NCBI GenBank assembly: GCA_963814585.1
Contig: CAWFDF010000008.1
Span: 288,001-352,000 of the forward strand
Direction of reading: 5' to 3'
DNA length: 64,000 bases
Origin: an uncultured delta proteobacterium
GTDB lineage: Bacteria; Myxococcota; Myxococcia; Myxococcales; Anaeromyxobacteraceae
The notes below the pieces were generated by a model, which was not told where the DNA came from, searched no databases, and was given only the letters and a program-made list of their open reading frames with translations. A program made the translations under genes and the position numbers. This document shows positions 7,291 to 17,399 of this stretch, piece after piece; position 1 is the first letter of the stretch; each line of letters opens with the position of its first letter.

Positions 7291-9771
7291 ATGGCCACCC
7301 CGCCCCCCACCCCGGCAGGCGCTTCGGAGTCCCGGGGGATCGGGCGGCTCTTCGAGCCGGTCCAGGTGCCGAGGGACGCGCCGCGCGAGCTGGCGGCGCT
7401 GGCGGCGCGCGGCAGCCTGGTCTTCGTCATGCGCCGGTCGGGGCTGCTCAACTTCCTCTACCTGCGCTGGCTGCTGCGGCGCCACGGCCTGCCGCCGCTC
7501 CAGGCCGCGCAGGGCTACACCGGCCTCTTCGGCGCCGTCTCCCGCATCCGCCGCAGCCGGCGGGCCATGGAGGAGGCGGTGGGCTCGGGGCGCTCCAGCC
7601 TGCTCTTCCTCGGCGAGGGGACCACCGAGGACGGGCCGCTGCCCCACCTGGCCCGGATGCAGCGATCGCTGGCGCGCCCCGTCTTCCTGGTCCCGGTGGT
7701 GCTGCTCTGGAGCCGGCGGGCCCAGCGGCTCGAGGGATCGATCTGGGACGTGTTCTTCGGCACGCCCGAGTCGCCCAGCCCCTTCGCCAACGGCGTCGCC
7801 TTCTTCCGCAACTTCCGCCACAGCTTCCTCTCGGTCGGCGAGGCCGTCGACCTGCAGGCCCGGATCGCCGCCCGCCCCGGCACCACCGACCTCTCGGTGG
7901 CGCGTGGCGCGCGGGGCGCCCTGCACCGGCACCTCTCCAGCGAGCTGCGGGCCGCCGTCGGCCCCCCCCTCAAGGGGCCGGAGCGCGTCAAGGCCAGGGT
8001 GCTGCGGGATCGGACGCTGCGGGGCAGGCTGGAGGCGGTGGCCGCCGGGTCCGGCAAGCCCATGGCGGCGCTGCAGGCCGAGGCGGCGCGCTGCCTCGAC
8101 GAGATCGCCAGCAACTACGACCCCAAGGTGGTGGCGGTGATGCGCCCCGTCCTCAAGGGGCTCTTCGGCCGGCTCTACGAGTCGCTGGAGATCGACGAGG
8201 ACGGCCTGGGGCGGGTGAAGCGTGCCGCCGCCACCGCGCCGGTCATCATCTGCCCGAGCCACAAGAGCTACGTCGACTTCCTGGTCATCTCCTGGCTCCT
8301 CTACGAGCACGGGATGATGGCGCCGCAGATCGCCGCCGGCATCAACCTCTCCTTCTGGCCGTTCGGGGCGCTGGCCCGGCGCGGCGGCGCCTTCTTCATC
8401 CGGCGCCAGGTGAAGGGCGACCTGGTCTACGCCGCGGTGCTGCGCGCCTACGTCAAGCAGCTGCTGCGAGACAAGTTCCCGCAGGAGTTCTACGTCGAGG
8501 GTGGGCGCAGCCGCACCGGCAAGCTGCTCTTCCCGAAGATGGGGCTGGTCTCGATGGAGGTGGACGCCTGGCTCGACGGCGCCGCCGAGGACGTGCTCTT
8601 CGTGCCGGTCTCCATCGACTACGAGAAGCTGATCGAGGCCTCGGCCTACCTGCACGAGCTCTCCGGCGGCGAGAAGCCCAAGGAGAACCTGCGCGGCCTG
8701 CTGGGCGCCTTCGCCGTCCTGTTCCGCAGCTACGAGCGGCTCTACGTCCAGTTCGAGGAGCCGGTGTCGCTCCGCGCCGTCGCCCGGGCCCGCCTCGGGG
8801 AGCGGATCGGCGAGCTGGCCGTCGACGCCGAGGCTCGCCGGCAGGTGGTGCAGGCGGTGGCCACCCGCATCGCCTTCGGCATCGGCCGGGCCGTCACCAT
8901 CACGCCGGTCGGGCTGGTCTCGGCGGCGCTGCTCTCGCACACCCGGCGCGGGCTGCCGGCGTCGGAGCTGGCCCGGCGGGTGGAGCTGCTCCGCTTCATC
9001 GCCGCCCAGGGGGGAGGCGCCCGCTTCGGCCACGGGCTGGCCGGCGCCAGCAGCGATCCGCGCCTCGCCGGGCCGGTGCAGGACGCGGTGCGGAGGCTGG
9101 TGGCCAGCGGCCAGGTGACGGCCGCCAGCGCCGCCGGGGAGACCATCTACCAGGTGGTGGAGGAGAAGCGGCCGGTGCTGGACTACCACCGCAACGCCGT
9201 CATCCACCGCTACGTGGCCCCGGCCATCGCCTGCGCCGCCCTGCGGGGCGGAGGGGAGTCGACGCGGGCCGAGGTTCGCGGCCGGGCGGCCTGGCTCTCC
9301 CGCCTCTTCAAGCTCGAGTTCATGTACGAGCCGGGCGTCTCGCTGGACGAGGTCCTCGAGCAGAACCTCGCCTTCCTGGAGCGGATCCGGTGCATCGAGG
9401 TGCACGGCGAGCGGATCCGGCCGGGCCCGCAGGGCGAGCCCGTGGAGTTCCTGGCCGAGCTCCTCCGGCCGTACCTCGAGGCCTACCGGCTCGCCGCCGA
9501 GACCGCTGACGCGCTGCTGGATGACTCGGCGCGTCAGGCCGTGGACCGGAAGGTCCTGGTCAAGCAGAGCCTGGAGCGAGGCCGGGCTGACTTCCTCTCG
9601 GGTCGCATCGCCGCCCGGGAGGCCCTCTCGAAGGCGACGCTAGAGAATTCCATCGATTGGATGCTCTCGGATGGCCGCATCGGCGACCGGGACGGGCGGC
9701 TGGAGCGGTCCCCCAGGCTTGACGCACTGCGCGACATCATCGACGGGATCACTCGTCATCTTCCGCCGTAA
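7291..9771 (+). CDS. plsB: Glycerol-3-phosphate acyltransferase
   Basis: PSHKSYVD (HxxxxD), GAFFIRR, YVEGGRSRTGK, VPVSIDYEK motifs. Confidence 0.9.
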   Translation: MATPPPTPAGASESRGIGRLFEPVQVPRDAPRELAALAARGSLVFVMRRSGLLNFLYLRWLLRRHGLPPLQAAQGYTGLFGAVSRIRRSRRAMEEAVGSGRSSLLFLGEGTTEDGPLPHLARMQRSLARPVFLVPVVLLWSRRAQRLEGSIWDVFFGTPESPSPFANGVAFFRNFRHSFLSVGEAVDLQARIAARPGTTDLSVARGARGALHRHLSSELRAAVGPPLKGPERVKARVLRDRTLRGRLEAVAAGSGKPMAALQAEAARCLDEIASNYDPKVVAVMRPVLKGLFGRLYESLEIDEDGLGRVKRAAATAPVIICPSHKSYVDFLVISWLLYEHGMMAPQIAAGINLSFWPFGALARRGGAFFIRRQVKGDLVYAAVLRAYVKQLLRDKFPQEFYVEGGRSRTGKLLFPKMGLVSMEVDAWLDGAAEDVLFVPVSIDYEKLIEASAYLHELSGGEKPKENLRGLLGAFAVLFRSYERLYVQFEEPVSLRAVARARLGERIGELAVDAEARRQVVQAVATRIAFGIGRAVTITPVGLVSAALLSHTRRGLPASELARRVELLRFIAAQGGGARFGHGLAGASSDPRLAGPVQDAVRRLVASGQVTAASAAGETIYQVVEEKRPVLDYHRNAVIHRYVAPAIACAALRGGGESTRAEVRGRAAWLSRLFKLEFMYEPGVSLDEVLEQNLAFLERIRCIEVHGERIRPGPQGEPVEFLAELLRPYLEAYRLAAETADALLDDSARQAVDRKVLVKQSLERGRADFLSGRIAAREALSKATLENSIDWMLSDGRIGDRDGRLERSPRLDALRDIIDGITRHLPP

Positions 9772-9915
9772 AATCGCACCCATCGAGCGATCCGCGCTTC
9801 CAAGAGGTGCGGGCTCTCGACTAGGCTCTCGACTCCCGCGAAGCACGGGCGCTGCCCCGCAGCGCTTCCACTTTCTCTCCCGGAGTTCCGGGAGGACCAC
9901 CGAGGAGGCTGACCG

Positions 9916-11448
9916 ATGGCTGACCGGATTCTCCACAAGGGGCTCAAGGCGAAGGTGATGTCCGCCGAGGCCGCCGCCGCACTCATCCCCAACGGCGCCG
10001 TGATCGGCATGTCCGGCTTCACCGGCGCCGGCTACCCGAAGGCCGTTCCCATCGCCCTGTCCAAGCGGGCGCTCGACGCCAAGCTCGCCGGCAAGCCGCT
10101 CAAGTTCGACGTCCTCACCGGCGCCTCGACCGGCCCCGAGCAGGACACGATGATGTCGTTCGTGGAGGCCTCGCGCTTCCGTTTCCCCTACCAGGGCGAC
10201 GCCGTCACCCGCGAGAAGATCAACTCCGGGCTGATCGAGTACCAGGACATGCACCTGAGCCACGCCGGCACGCTGGTCCGCTACGGCTACTACGGCAAGG
10301 GCAAGAACAACCTCGACTTCGCGGTCATCGAGGTCACCAAGATCAACGAGGACGGCACCTGCGTGCCCTCGTCGTCGTGCGGCGCCAACAACGTCTACTT
10401 CGAGCACTCCGACAAGATCATCCTCGAGGTCAACTCCTGGCAGGACGAGCGGCTGGAGGGGATGCACGACATCATCTCGGTGCCGGGCGAGCACGGCAAG
10501 CGCGTGGCGCTGCCCATCAACGCCGCCGACGACCGCAAGGGCTCCAAGTACTGGAAGTTCGACCTCTCCAAGGTGGTGGCGGTCGTCGAGAGCGCCTACC
10601 CGGACCGGAACGCGCCCTTCAAGCCGCCCGAGGAGATCCACAAGCGGATCGCCGGCCACATCCTCGACTTCTTCGACGGCGAGGTGAAGGCGGGCCGGCT
10701 CTCCAAGCACCTCACGCCGCTCCAGTCGGGCGTCGGCAACATCGCCAACGCCGTGCTGGTGGGGCTCAACGAGGGGCCGTTCGACCGGATGATCTCCTAC
10801 ACCGAGGTGGTCCAGGACGGCATGCTCGACATGCTGGACTCGGGCAAGCTGGTGGCGGCCTCGGCCACCGCCTTCTCGGTCTCGCCCGAGGGGCAGGTCC
10901 GCTTCAACAAGGACATCGACCGGTACCGCAAGCAGATCATCCTGCGCCCGCAGGAGATCTCCAACAACCCGGAGATCATCCGCCGCCTCGGCTGCATCGC
11001 CATGAACGGGTTCGTCGAGGCCGACATCTACGGCCACGTCAACTCGACGCACATCGCCGGCAAGGGGATCGAGAACGGCATCGGCGGTTCGGGTGACTTC
11101 GCCCGCAACTCCGCCTACACCATCTTCATGTCCCCGGCGACCGCCAAGGACGGGAAGATCTCGGCCATCGTCCCCTTCGCCTCGCACATCGACCACACCG
11201 AGCACGAGGTCAACGGCATCGTGACCGAGTACGGCTTCGCCGACCTGCGCGGCCGCAGCCCCAAGGAGAAGGCCAAGGAGGTCATCGAGAAGGCGGCGGC
11301 GCCCGAGTACCGTCCCATCCTCTGGGACTACTTCAAGCGCGCCATGAAGAACCCCAGCGCCGGCCTCCACTCGCCGCACATGTTCAGCGAGGCCTTCGCC
11401 TTCCACACCCGGTACCTGCAGACGGGCGACATGAGGCCGAAGAAGTAG
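9916..11448 (+). CDS. Acetyl-CoA hydrolase / succinate CoA-transferase
   Basis: SGFTGAGYPKAVP, LQSGVGNIANAV, YTEVVQD, GIGGSGDFARN, VTEYG; strong [10 protein letters not shown]. Confidence 0.93.
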   Translation: MADRILHKGLKAKVMSAEAAAALIPNGAVIGMSGFTGAGYPKAVPIALSKRALDAKLAGKPLKFDVLTGASTGPEQDTMMSFVEASRFRFPYQGDAVTREKINSGLIEYQDMHLSHAGTLVRYGYYGKGKNNLDFAVIEVTKINEDGTCVPSSSCGANNVYFEHSDKIILEVNSWQDERLEGMHDIISVPGEHGKRVALPINAADDRKGSKYWKFDLSKVVAVVESAYPDRNAPFKPPEEIHKRIAGHILDFFDGEVKAGRLSKHLTPLQSGVGNIANAVLVGLNEGPFDRMISYTEVVQDGMLDMLDSGKLVAASATAFSVSPEGQVRFNKDIDRYRKQIILRPQEISNNPEIIRRLGCIAMNGFVEADIYGHVNSTHIAGKGIENGIGGSGDFARNSAYTIFMSPATAKDGKISAIVPFASHIDHTEHEVNGIVTEYGFADLRGRSPKEKAKEVIEKAAAPEYRPILWDYFKRAMKNPSAGLHSPHMFSEAFAFHTRYLQTGDMRPKK

Positions 11449-11473
11449 CCGACCTTCGCCCCCCGTGGTACCA

Positions 11474-11515
11474 GCGGCGGTCGCCCTCCACCGGGCGGCC
11501 GCCGTCCCTTTTCTC
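11474..11515 (+). terminator. Putative intrinsic terminator
   Basis: GC hairpin GCGGCGGTCGCCC/GGGCGGCCGCCGT followed by CCCTTTTCT. Confidence 0.5.
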
Positions 11516-11607
11516 CCGGGCCTGGCAGGGGCCGGAGCCGGCGGCATCGGCGCTCGGGTCCCGCCGCACGCTGCGTGGCGGAGGGATGTGCTCTAGACTC
11601 CCGGGCC

Positions 11608-12393
11608 ATGACCTCCCTCGACCTCGACCTCGCCATGGAGACCGCCCGCCGGGCTGCCGAGGCCGGCGGGGCCGCCGCCCTGCGCCACTTCCGCGCCGGC
11701 GTCCGCGTCGAGCTGAAGCCCGACCGGACCCCGGTCACCATCGCCGACCGCGACGCCGAGGCGGCCATCGTCGAGGTGATCCGCGGCCGCTTCCCCGGCC
11801 ACGCCATCCTCGGCGAGGAGAGCGGCGCCCACGCCGGCACCGGGGCGCGCTGGATCGTCGACCCGGTCGACGGCACCCGGGGCTTCACCCGTGGCGGTTC
11901 CTTCTGGGGGCCGCTGGTGGCGCTGGAGGTGGGCGACGAGGTGGTGGCCGGCGCCATGGCCATGCCGGCGCTGGGAGAGCGCTACTGGGCGGCCCGCGGG
12001 CGTGGCGCCTGGAGGCAGGTCGGGGCCGGCGCGCCCGAGCGGCTGCGCGTCTCGGGCATCGCGGCCTGGGAGGAGGCCACCCTCTCGCTCGGCGAGCTCA
12101 AGTTCCTCCTCGCCCCGGAGCGGCGGGCCCAGGTCAACGCGCTGACGGTGAGCGCGGCCCAGGCCCGCGGCTACGGTGACCTGGCCGGCTGCGCCATGGT
12201 GCTGACGGGGCGGGCCGAGGCCTTCGTCGAGGCCGGCGTGCAGATCTGGGACATCGCACCGCTGCGGATCCTGGTCGAGGAGGCCGGCGGCCGCTTCACC
12301 GACCTGGACGGCAACGCCACGCACGCCAGCGGGTCCTGCGTCGCCTCCAACGGGCTGGTGCACGAGCACGTGCTGCGCGAGCTGTGCCGGTGA
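11608..12393 (+). CDS. Inositol monophosphatase family protein, histidinol-phosphatase (HisN)-like
   Basis: KPDRTPVTIAD, LGEE, WIVDPVDGT, WDIA motifs. Confidence 0.85.
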   Translation: MTSLDLDLAMETARRAAEAGGAAALRHFRAGVRVELKPDRTPVTIADRDAEAAIVEVIRGRFPGHAILGEESGAHAGTGARWIVDPVDGTRGFTRGGSFWGPLVALEVGDEVVAGAMAMPALGERYWAARGRGAWRQVGAGAPERLRVSGIAAWEEATLSLGELKFLLAPERRAQVNALTVSAAQARGYGDLAGCAMVLTGRAEAFVEAGVQIWDIAPLRILVEEAGGRFTDLDGNATHASGSCVASNGLVHEHVLRELCR

Positions 12394-12400
12394 GCGTGGG

Positions 12401-13894
12401 TCACGCCTTCGGCGCCCGGCGGAACAGGTCGACCACGGCGCCGGATCGGCCAGCCACCCGGGCCCGCCCGCGCGCCCACTCGCGCAGCGCCTTGATCTGC
12501 TCCTCGTAGGTCTTGAAGAGCGGCACCAGGTCCTGCGCCACGCGCCTCAGGTCGGCGGTCTCGAGGTCGCGCGAGAGGGCGAAGGCGCGGTGCAGCCCGC
12601 CCACCACCACCTGCTCCAGCTCCGCGCCGGAGAAGTCGGCACACAGCTCGGCCAGGGCGGCCAGGTCGAGCCGCTCCGGAGCCCGGCTCCGCCGGCGCAG
12701 GTGGAGCGCCAGGATCTCCCGCCGCGCCTCCAGGTCGGGCAGGTCCACGAAGAAGAGCTCGTCGAAGCGGCCTCGCCGGAGCAGCTCGGGCGGCAGGCGG
12801 GTGACGTCGTTGGCGGTGGCCACCACGAAGATCGACCCCTGGCGCTCCTGCAGCCAGGTGGAGAACGACCCCAGCAGCCGGGCCGCGCGGGCCTCGCCCC
12901 CCTGCCCCGGCGCGCTGCCGGCGAACCCCTTCTCGATCTCGTCCACCCAGAGCGCCACCGGCGAGATCGCCTCCGCCGCCTCCAGCGCCAGGGCCAGGCT
13001 CTCCTCGGCCCCTTCGCGGCCCAGCACCCGCGGCAGGTCGAGCCGGACCAGCGGCACGCCCAGGCGCGCCGCCGCCACCTTGGCCGCCAGCGACTTGCCG
13101 CACCCCTGCACGCCGACCAGCAGCACCCCGCGCGGCGCCGGCAGGCCGAACCCGGCCGCCTCCGGCGCGAAGGCCTGGGCCCGCTCGTCGAGCCAGGACT
13201 TGAAGGTGGAGAGCCCGCCCAGGTGCTCCGCCGACTCGGCCTCCTCCACCACCTCGAGGCCGAGCTCGCGGGTCATCAGGCGCCGCTTCTCCTCCTGGAT
13301 GGAGCCCATGGCCCCGGCCCCCAGCGCCGGGTCGAGCCGGAGCGCCTGCGTGAAGGCGCGGCGCGCCTGCCCTTCCGAGAACCCCCGCGCCGACGTCAGC
13401 GCCCGGTGGCGGGCCACGGGGTCGGGCTCCGGCGCCCCGGTGGCGTGCCAGACCTCGTCGAGCACCGCGGCCAGCTCCTCGAGCGCGGGGAGCGGGAGCC
13501 GCATCGTGGCCACCGACTCGGCCAGCCCGTCGGGCAGCTCCAGCCGCGGCGCCACGATCATCAGGCAGCGCCCCTCGGACGCCAGCCGGGGGAGCGCGTC
13601 CCTCACGGCGCGGGCCACCGCCGGATCGCGCAGGGCGACGTGGAAGTCGAAGAGCACCGCCAGCAGCGGACCCGGGGTGGCCAGCAACGCGTCGATCGCC
13701 TCGATGGGCGAGCGGGCGTGGGGGGCCTGCGGCAGCAGCCCTCGGTGCGACGACCAGCTGGCGAACTGGGCGTCGAACCCCTCGGCGGCGGCGCGCGCCA
13801 GGGCCAGCGCCCGCTCCTCCTCCGAGGTGACCAGGTAGACGATGGGCGTCCCGGCCGACCAGAGCCCGGCCAGCCGGGTGACGACGTCCTTCAC
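12401..13894 (-). CDS. AAA family ATPase (Ycf46-like)
   Basis: Walker A GVQGCGKS, Walker B LWVDEIEK, LPPELLRRGRFDELFFVDLP, FSGAELEQ; GTG start overlaps the upstream stop. Confidence 0.88.
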   Translation of the reverse strand: MKDVVTRLAGLWSAGTPIVYLVTSEEERALALARAAAEGFDAQFASWSSHRGLLPQAPHARSPIEAIDALLATPGPLLAVLFDFHVALRDPAVARAVRDALPRLASEGRCLMIVAPRLELPDGLAESVATMRLPLPALEELAAVLDEVWHATGAPEPDPVARHRALTSARGFSEGQARRAFTQALRLDPALGAGAMGSIQEEKRRLMTRELGLEVVEEAESAEHLGGLSTFKSWLDERAQAFAPEAAGFGLPAPRGVLLVGVQGCGKSLAAKVAAARLGVPLVRLDLPRVLGREGAEESLALALEAAEAISPVALWVDEIEKGFAGSAPGQGGEARAARLLGSFSTWLQERQGSIFVVATANDVTRLPPELLRRGRFDELFFVDLPDLEARREILALHLRRRSRAPERLDLAALAELCADFSGAELEQVVVGGLHRAFALSRDLETADLRRVAQDLVPLFKTYEEQIKALREWARGRARVAGRSGAVVDLFRRAPKA

Positions 13895-15720
13895 GGCGTC
13901 CCCTCCACGTCGGCGGTGGCGCGCATCGCCTCCTCGTAGGAGGTCACGCCGGCCGCCACCTTCTGGACGGCGTGCTCGCGCAGGCTCTTCAGGCCGTCCT
14001 GGCGGGCGGTGCGGACGAGCGCCTCCGGCGTGGCCCCCTCGGCGATGAGGTGGCGAAGCCGGGCGTTGATGGCGAGGATCTCGAAGAGCCCGGCCCGGCC
14101 GTAGTAGCCGGTGTAGCGGCACTTGGCGCAGCCGGTGCCTCGCCGGGCCAGGAGCTCCCCGGCGTGGTCCTCGGGGTGGGGCACCCCCAGACCGGCCACC
14201 TGGTCGGCGGTGAGCGGGACGTCCTCGGCGCAGGCGGGACAGACCTGGCGGACCAGGCGCTGCGCCACCACGCCGGTGAGCGTACCGGCGATCAGGAAGC
14301 TGGGCACGCCCAGGTCCCGCAGCCGGGCGATGGCTCCCACCGCGTCGTTGGTGTGGAGCGTGGTGAGCACCAGGTGGCCGGTGAGCGCGGCCTGCACGGC
14401 CTGGGTGGCGGTGTCGGCGTCACGGACCTCACCGACCATGATCACGTCGGGATCCTGGCGCAGCACGTGCCGGAGCGCCTCGGCGAAGCTGGTGCCGGTG
14501 CGCGGATTGGCGGCGATCTGGTTGAAGTCCTCGTGGACCATCTCGATGGGATCCTCGATGGTCACCACGTTGACCTCCGGCGACGCCAGCGCCTGCAGCG
14601 CCGAGTAGAGGGTGGTGGTCTTGCCGGAGCCGGTGGGGCCGGTGACCACGATCAGCCCGTGGGGGCGGAGCAGCCAGCGCTCGAAGGTCTCCCGCTCGTC
14701 GGGCAGGAACCCGAGCTCGGAGAGGTCGCGCACCAGCACGCTGGGGTCGAGGACCCGGACCACCACCTTGTCGCCGAAGGTGGTGGGGATGGTGGAGACG
14801 CGCAGCTCCATCTCGGCGTCGCCCCGGGCGGTGCGGATCCGCCCGTCCTGCGGCTTGCGGGAGGCGATGTCGAGCCGCGCCATGATCTTGAAGCGGTTGG
14901 CGATGGCCCCGTGGACGCCCTTGGGGATGCGGTGGACCGGGTGGAGGACGCCGTCGATCCGCATCCGGATGATCGACTCGTCGCGGCGCGGCTCGATGTG
15001 GATGTCGCTGGCCCGCTGCTCGAAGGCGTAGTGCAGCAGGTACTCCACCGCGGCGATGATCGGCTCGCTGGAGGCCTCCAGGGCGTCGACGCCGGAGAGG
15101 TTCACGAACTGCTCGAGGTTGCCGACGTCGATGGCGCCGCCGCTGAGCTGGATCTGGGCCTCCGACACCTGGGCCCGGAAGCCGTAGACCTCGGCGATGG
15201 CCCGGTGGATGTCGGTCGGCGCGGCCAGCACCGGCTCGATCTCCAGCCCGGTCAGCCCGCGCAGGTTCTCGAACAGCTCCCGGTCGAACGGGTTGGCCGT
15301 CGCCACCACCAGCAGGGGGCCCCGCCGCTCCAGCGGCAGCACGGCGTGGCGGCGGGCGAACGGGCGGGAGAGGGTCCGGGTGATGAGCCCGGCGTCGAGC
15401 TTGAGCGGATCGATCTTGCGGTACGGGATCCCGGTCGCCAGGGCCACCACCTGCGTGGCCTTGTCCTCGTCGATCAGCTCGGCCTCCTGCCGCTGGTCCG
15501 GGAACTCGAAGCTGGCCATCAGTTCGATGGGCGACAGCTCGGCTCGCCGCAGCCCCCGGCCCCCGGCCCGCGAGGCCTGCTCGCGCAGCAGGCGGGCCCG
15601 CTGGACGTTCTCGCGGGCGGCGGCGGTCTTGCGGGCGTCGTCCGAGAGCAGGCCCTGCCTCGCCAGCGCCTCGGCGACGAACTCCAGGGTGAATTCCGTG
15701 GCGTGGTGGCGGCGAGTCAA
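13891..15720 (-). CDS. GspE/PulE/PilB-family secretion or pilus ATPase
   Basis: ASDIHIEP, GPTGSGKTTT, TIEDPIE, LRQDPDVIMVGEVRD, TGHLVLTTLHTND, tetracysteine CPAC...CAKC. Confidence 0.93.
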   Translation of the reverse strand: MTRRHHATEFTLEFVAEALARQGLLSDDARKTAAARENVQRARLLREQASRAGGRGLRRAELSPIELMASFEFPDQRQEAELIDEDKATQVVALATGIPYRKIDPLKLDAGLITRTLSRPFARRHAVLPLERRGPLLVVATANPFDRELFENLRGLTGLEIEPVLAAPTDIHRAIAEVYGFRAQVSEAQIQLSGGAIDVGNLEQFVNLSGVDALEASSEPIIAAVEYLLHYAFEQRASDIHIEPRRDESIIRMRIDGVLHPVHRIPKGVHGAIANRFKIMARLDIASRKPQDGRIRTARGDAEMELRVSTIPTTFGDKVVVRVLDPSVLVRDLSELGFLPDERETFERWLLRPHGLIVVTGPTGSGKTTTLYSALQALASPEVNVVTIEDPIEMVHEDFNQIAANPRTGTSFAEALRHVLRQDPDVIMVGEVRDADTATQAVQAALTGHLVLTTLHTNDAVGAIARLRDLGVPSFLIAGTLTGVVAQRLVRQVCPACAEDVPLTADQVAGLGVPHPEDHAGELLARRGTGCAKCRYTGYYGRAGLFEILAINARLRHLIAEGATPEALVRTARQDGLKSLREHAVQKVAAGVTSYEEAMRATADVEGTP

Positions 15721-15821
15721 GGCGCGGCGAGTCTACCCCGGGCCCTCGAGGCCACCAAAATCACGGCAGGCCGGCACGCCGGAGCTCCATGGGTCGCCCG
15801 ACCGGGCGACGGTCAGATCCC

Positions 15822-16028
15822 TCAACCGACGGGACCGCAGCCGGGTGGCGGCCCGCCACTGGACCGGCTCCCGCGCCCGCCGCGCGCGGCCGCCGGACGC
15901 GACATCTGCCGCGCCACCCGCCTGGAGCCGCAGGTGGGGCACGACACCTCGGCCTCGTCGGACTTGCGCAGGACCAGGGTCTCGAAGGCGGCCTCGCAGG
16001 CCGGGCAGGCGTACTCGAAGATGGGCAC
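15822..16028 (-). CDS. FmdB-family zinc-ribbon protein
   Basis: PIFEYACPAC...CPTCGS motif. Confidence 0.85.
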   Translation of the reverse strand: MPIFEYACPACEAAFETLVLRKSDEAEVSCPTCGSRRVARQMSRPAAARGGRGSRSSGGPPPGCGPVG

Positions 16029-16096
16029 GCCCATGTGAGCCACCCCGGGCAGAAAGGGTTCGCGCCGCCTGACCAGGTGTAGAATCCCCTCCTCGC

Positions 16097-16714
16097 ATGG
16101 TCCACGCCCCGCTCGCCGCGCTCCTCCTCGCCGCCACCGGCGCGTCTCCCCTCGCCACGGCGGCCGCCACGCCGATCACCCCGACGGCTCATCTCTCCAT
16201 CGGCACCGGCTACTGCGATCGGGCCACCGTGCCCGGCACCGACGTCCAGAGCGCCAACCCCTGCTACCTGGTGATCGGCGCCGTCGCCGGCGTCCGCTAC
16301 CGGCTGCTGGAGGCGGGGATCAGCTACGAGGGGAGGCAGCCCATCGACCTGCTCACCCTCTTCAGGATCCGCCCGCCGACGGCCACCGTGCTGGGCGGAT
16401 CGGTCGGCCTCACCGGCCAGGCCGGGGATCGGTGGCGCCTCTCGGTGGCGGGCGAGCTGGGCTGGCGCCGCTACTCGAACTTCGCCGGCGAGGGGCCGGA
16501 CGGCTGGGAGGGCACCGCGGACACCTCCTACGCCGGGCTGGTGGGTCGGGCCGCCACCGGGCTGAAGAACCCCGCCGGGCGGACCGATCGGATCGAGGTG
16601 ACGCTGGCCTGGCGCCACGACCTCCACGACGCCACCGACGAGGTGGCCGGCCAGACCTGGCGGGTGGGCGGCTGGTCCATCACCATGGGCGTGGGGCTGG
16701 TCGCAGACTGGTAG
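16097..16714 (+). CDS. Secreted hypothetical protein, possible small outer-membrane beta-barrel
   Basis: Signal peptide, alternating amphipathic strands, C-terminal ITMGVGLVADW. Confidence 0.55.
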   Translation: MVHAPLAALLLAATGASPLATAAATPITPTAHLSIGTGYCDRATVPGTDVQSANPCYLVIGAVAGVRYRLLEAGISYEGRQPIDLLTLFRIRPPTATVLGGSVGLTGQAGDRWRLSVAGELGWRRYSNFAGEGPDGWEGTADTSYAGLVGRAATGLKNPAGRTDRIEVTLAWRHDLHDATDEVAGQTWRVGGWSITMGVGLVADW

Positions 16715-16758
16715 CCACCCCGGCGGCCGGGCCGCCGCCGCCCGGCCCTGGGCGCCGC

Positions 16759-17352
16759 TCAGCGCCCCGGCGCCTTCTTCCCGGCCTTCTTCGCGGGCGC
16801 CGGCGACGGCGCCTGAAGCCGGAGCTTCTCGGCCTGGTAGAGCTTCATGGCGTCGCGCAGCACCTGCAGCGCCACGGATCGGCCCTGAGGCTCGCTCACC
16901 ACCACCTTCTTGTTCTCCAGGGCCTTGTAGTCCTCGAAGAAGCGCCGCAGCTCGCGCAGCCGGTGTGACGGCAGCTCGGAGACGTCCGAGTAGTCGGAGT
17001 AGTTCGGGTCGTCGGCGTGGACGGCGATGAGCTTGTCGTCGAGCCCCTTGTCGTCGCGCATCTTCATCACGCCGATCACCTTGGCACGCATGATGGAGAG
17101 CGGCTGGATCACCTCGGAGCAGAGGACCAGGATGTCGAGCGGATCGCCGTCATCGCAGTAGGTCTGCGGGACGAAGCCGTAGTTGGCCGGGTAGTGGACG
17201 GCCGAGAAGAGGATCCGGTCCACCAGCAGCAGGCCGGTGGACTTGTCCAGCTCGTACTTCACCTTGGAGCCGGTGGCGATCTCGATGACCGCCGGGATGG
17301 CGTCCTCGACGTAGCGGGGCAGGGCCACGTCGTGCCACGGGTGATGGGCCAC
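16759..17352 (-). CDS. ppa: Inorganic pyrophosphatase (family I)
   Basis: [36 protein letters not shown]. Confidence 0.95.
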   Translation of the reverse strand: MAHHPWHDVALPRYVEDAIPAVIEIATGSKVKYELDKSTGLLLVDRILFSAVHYPANYGFVPQTYCDDGDPLDILVLCSEVIQPLSIMRAKVIGVMKMRDDKGLDDKLIAVHADDPNYSDYSDVSELPSHRLRELRRFFEDYKALENKKVVVSEPQGRSVALQVLRDAMKLYQAEKLRLQAPSPAPAKKAGKKAPGR

Positions 17353-17399
17353 CTGGAACTCCCTTCCATGGGCACCGCCGCGCGGCGGGCCCTCGCGCT

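Noticed and set aside
6451..9405. Very long antisense or alternative-frame ORFs (e.g. 6451-9405, 13972-16038, 25215-27830, 32130-34967, 58213-61194)
   Set aside because: Shadow ORFs expected in very GC-rich DNA; they overlap well-supported genes and give R/G/P/A-rich translations with no motifs
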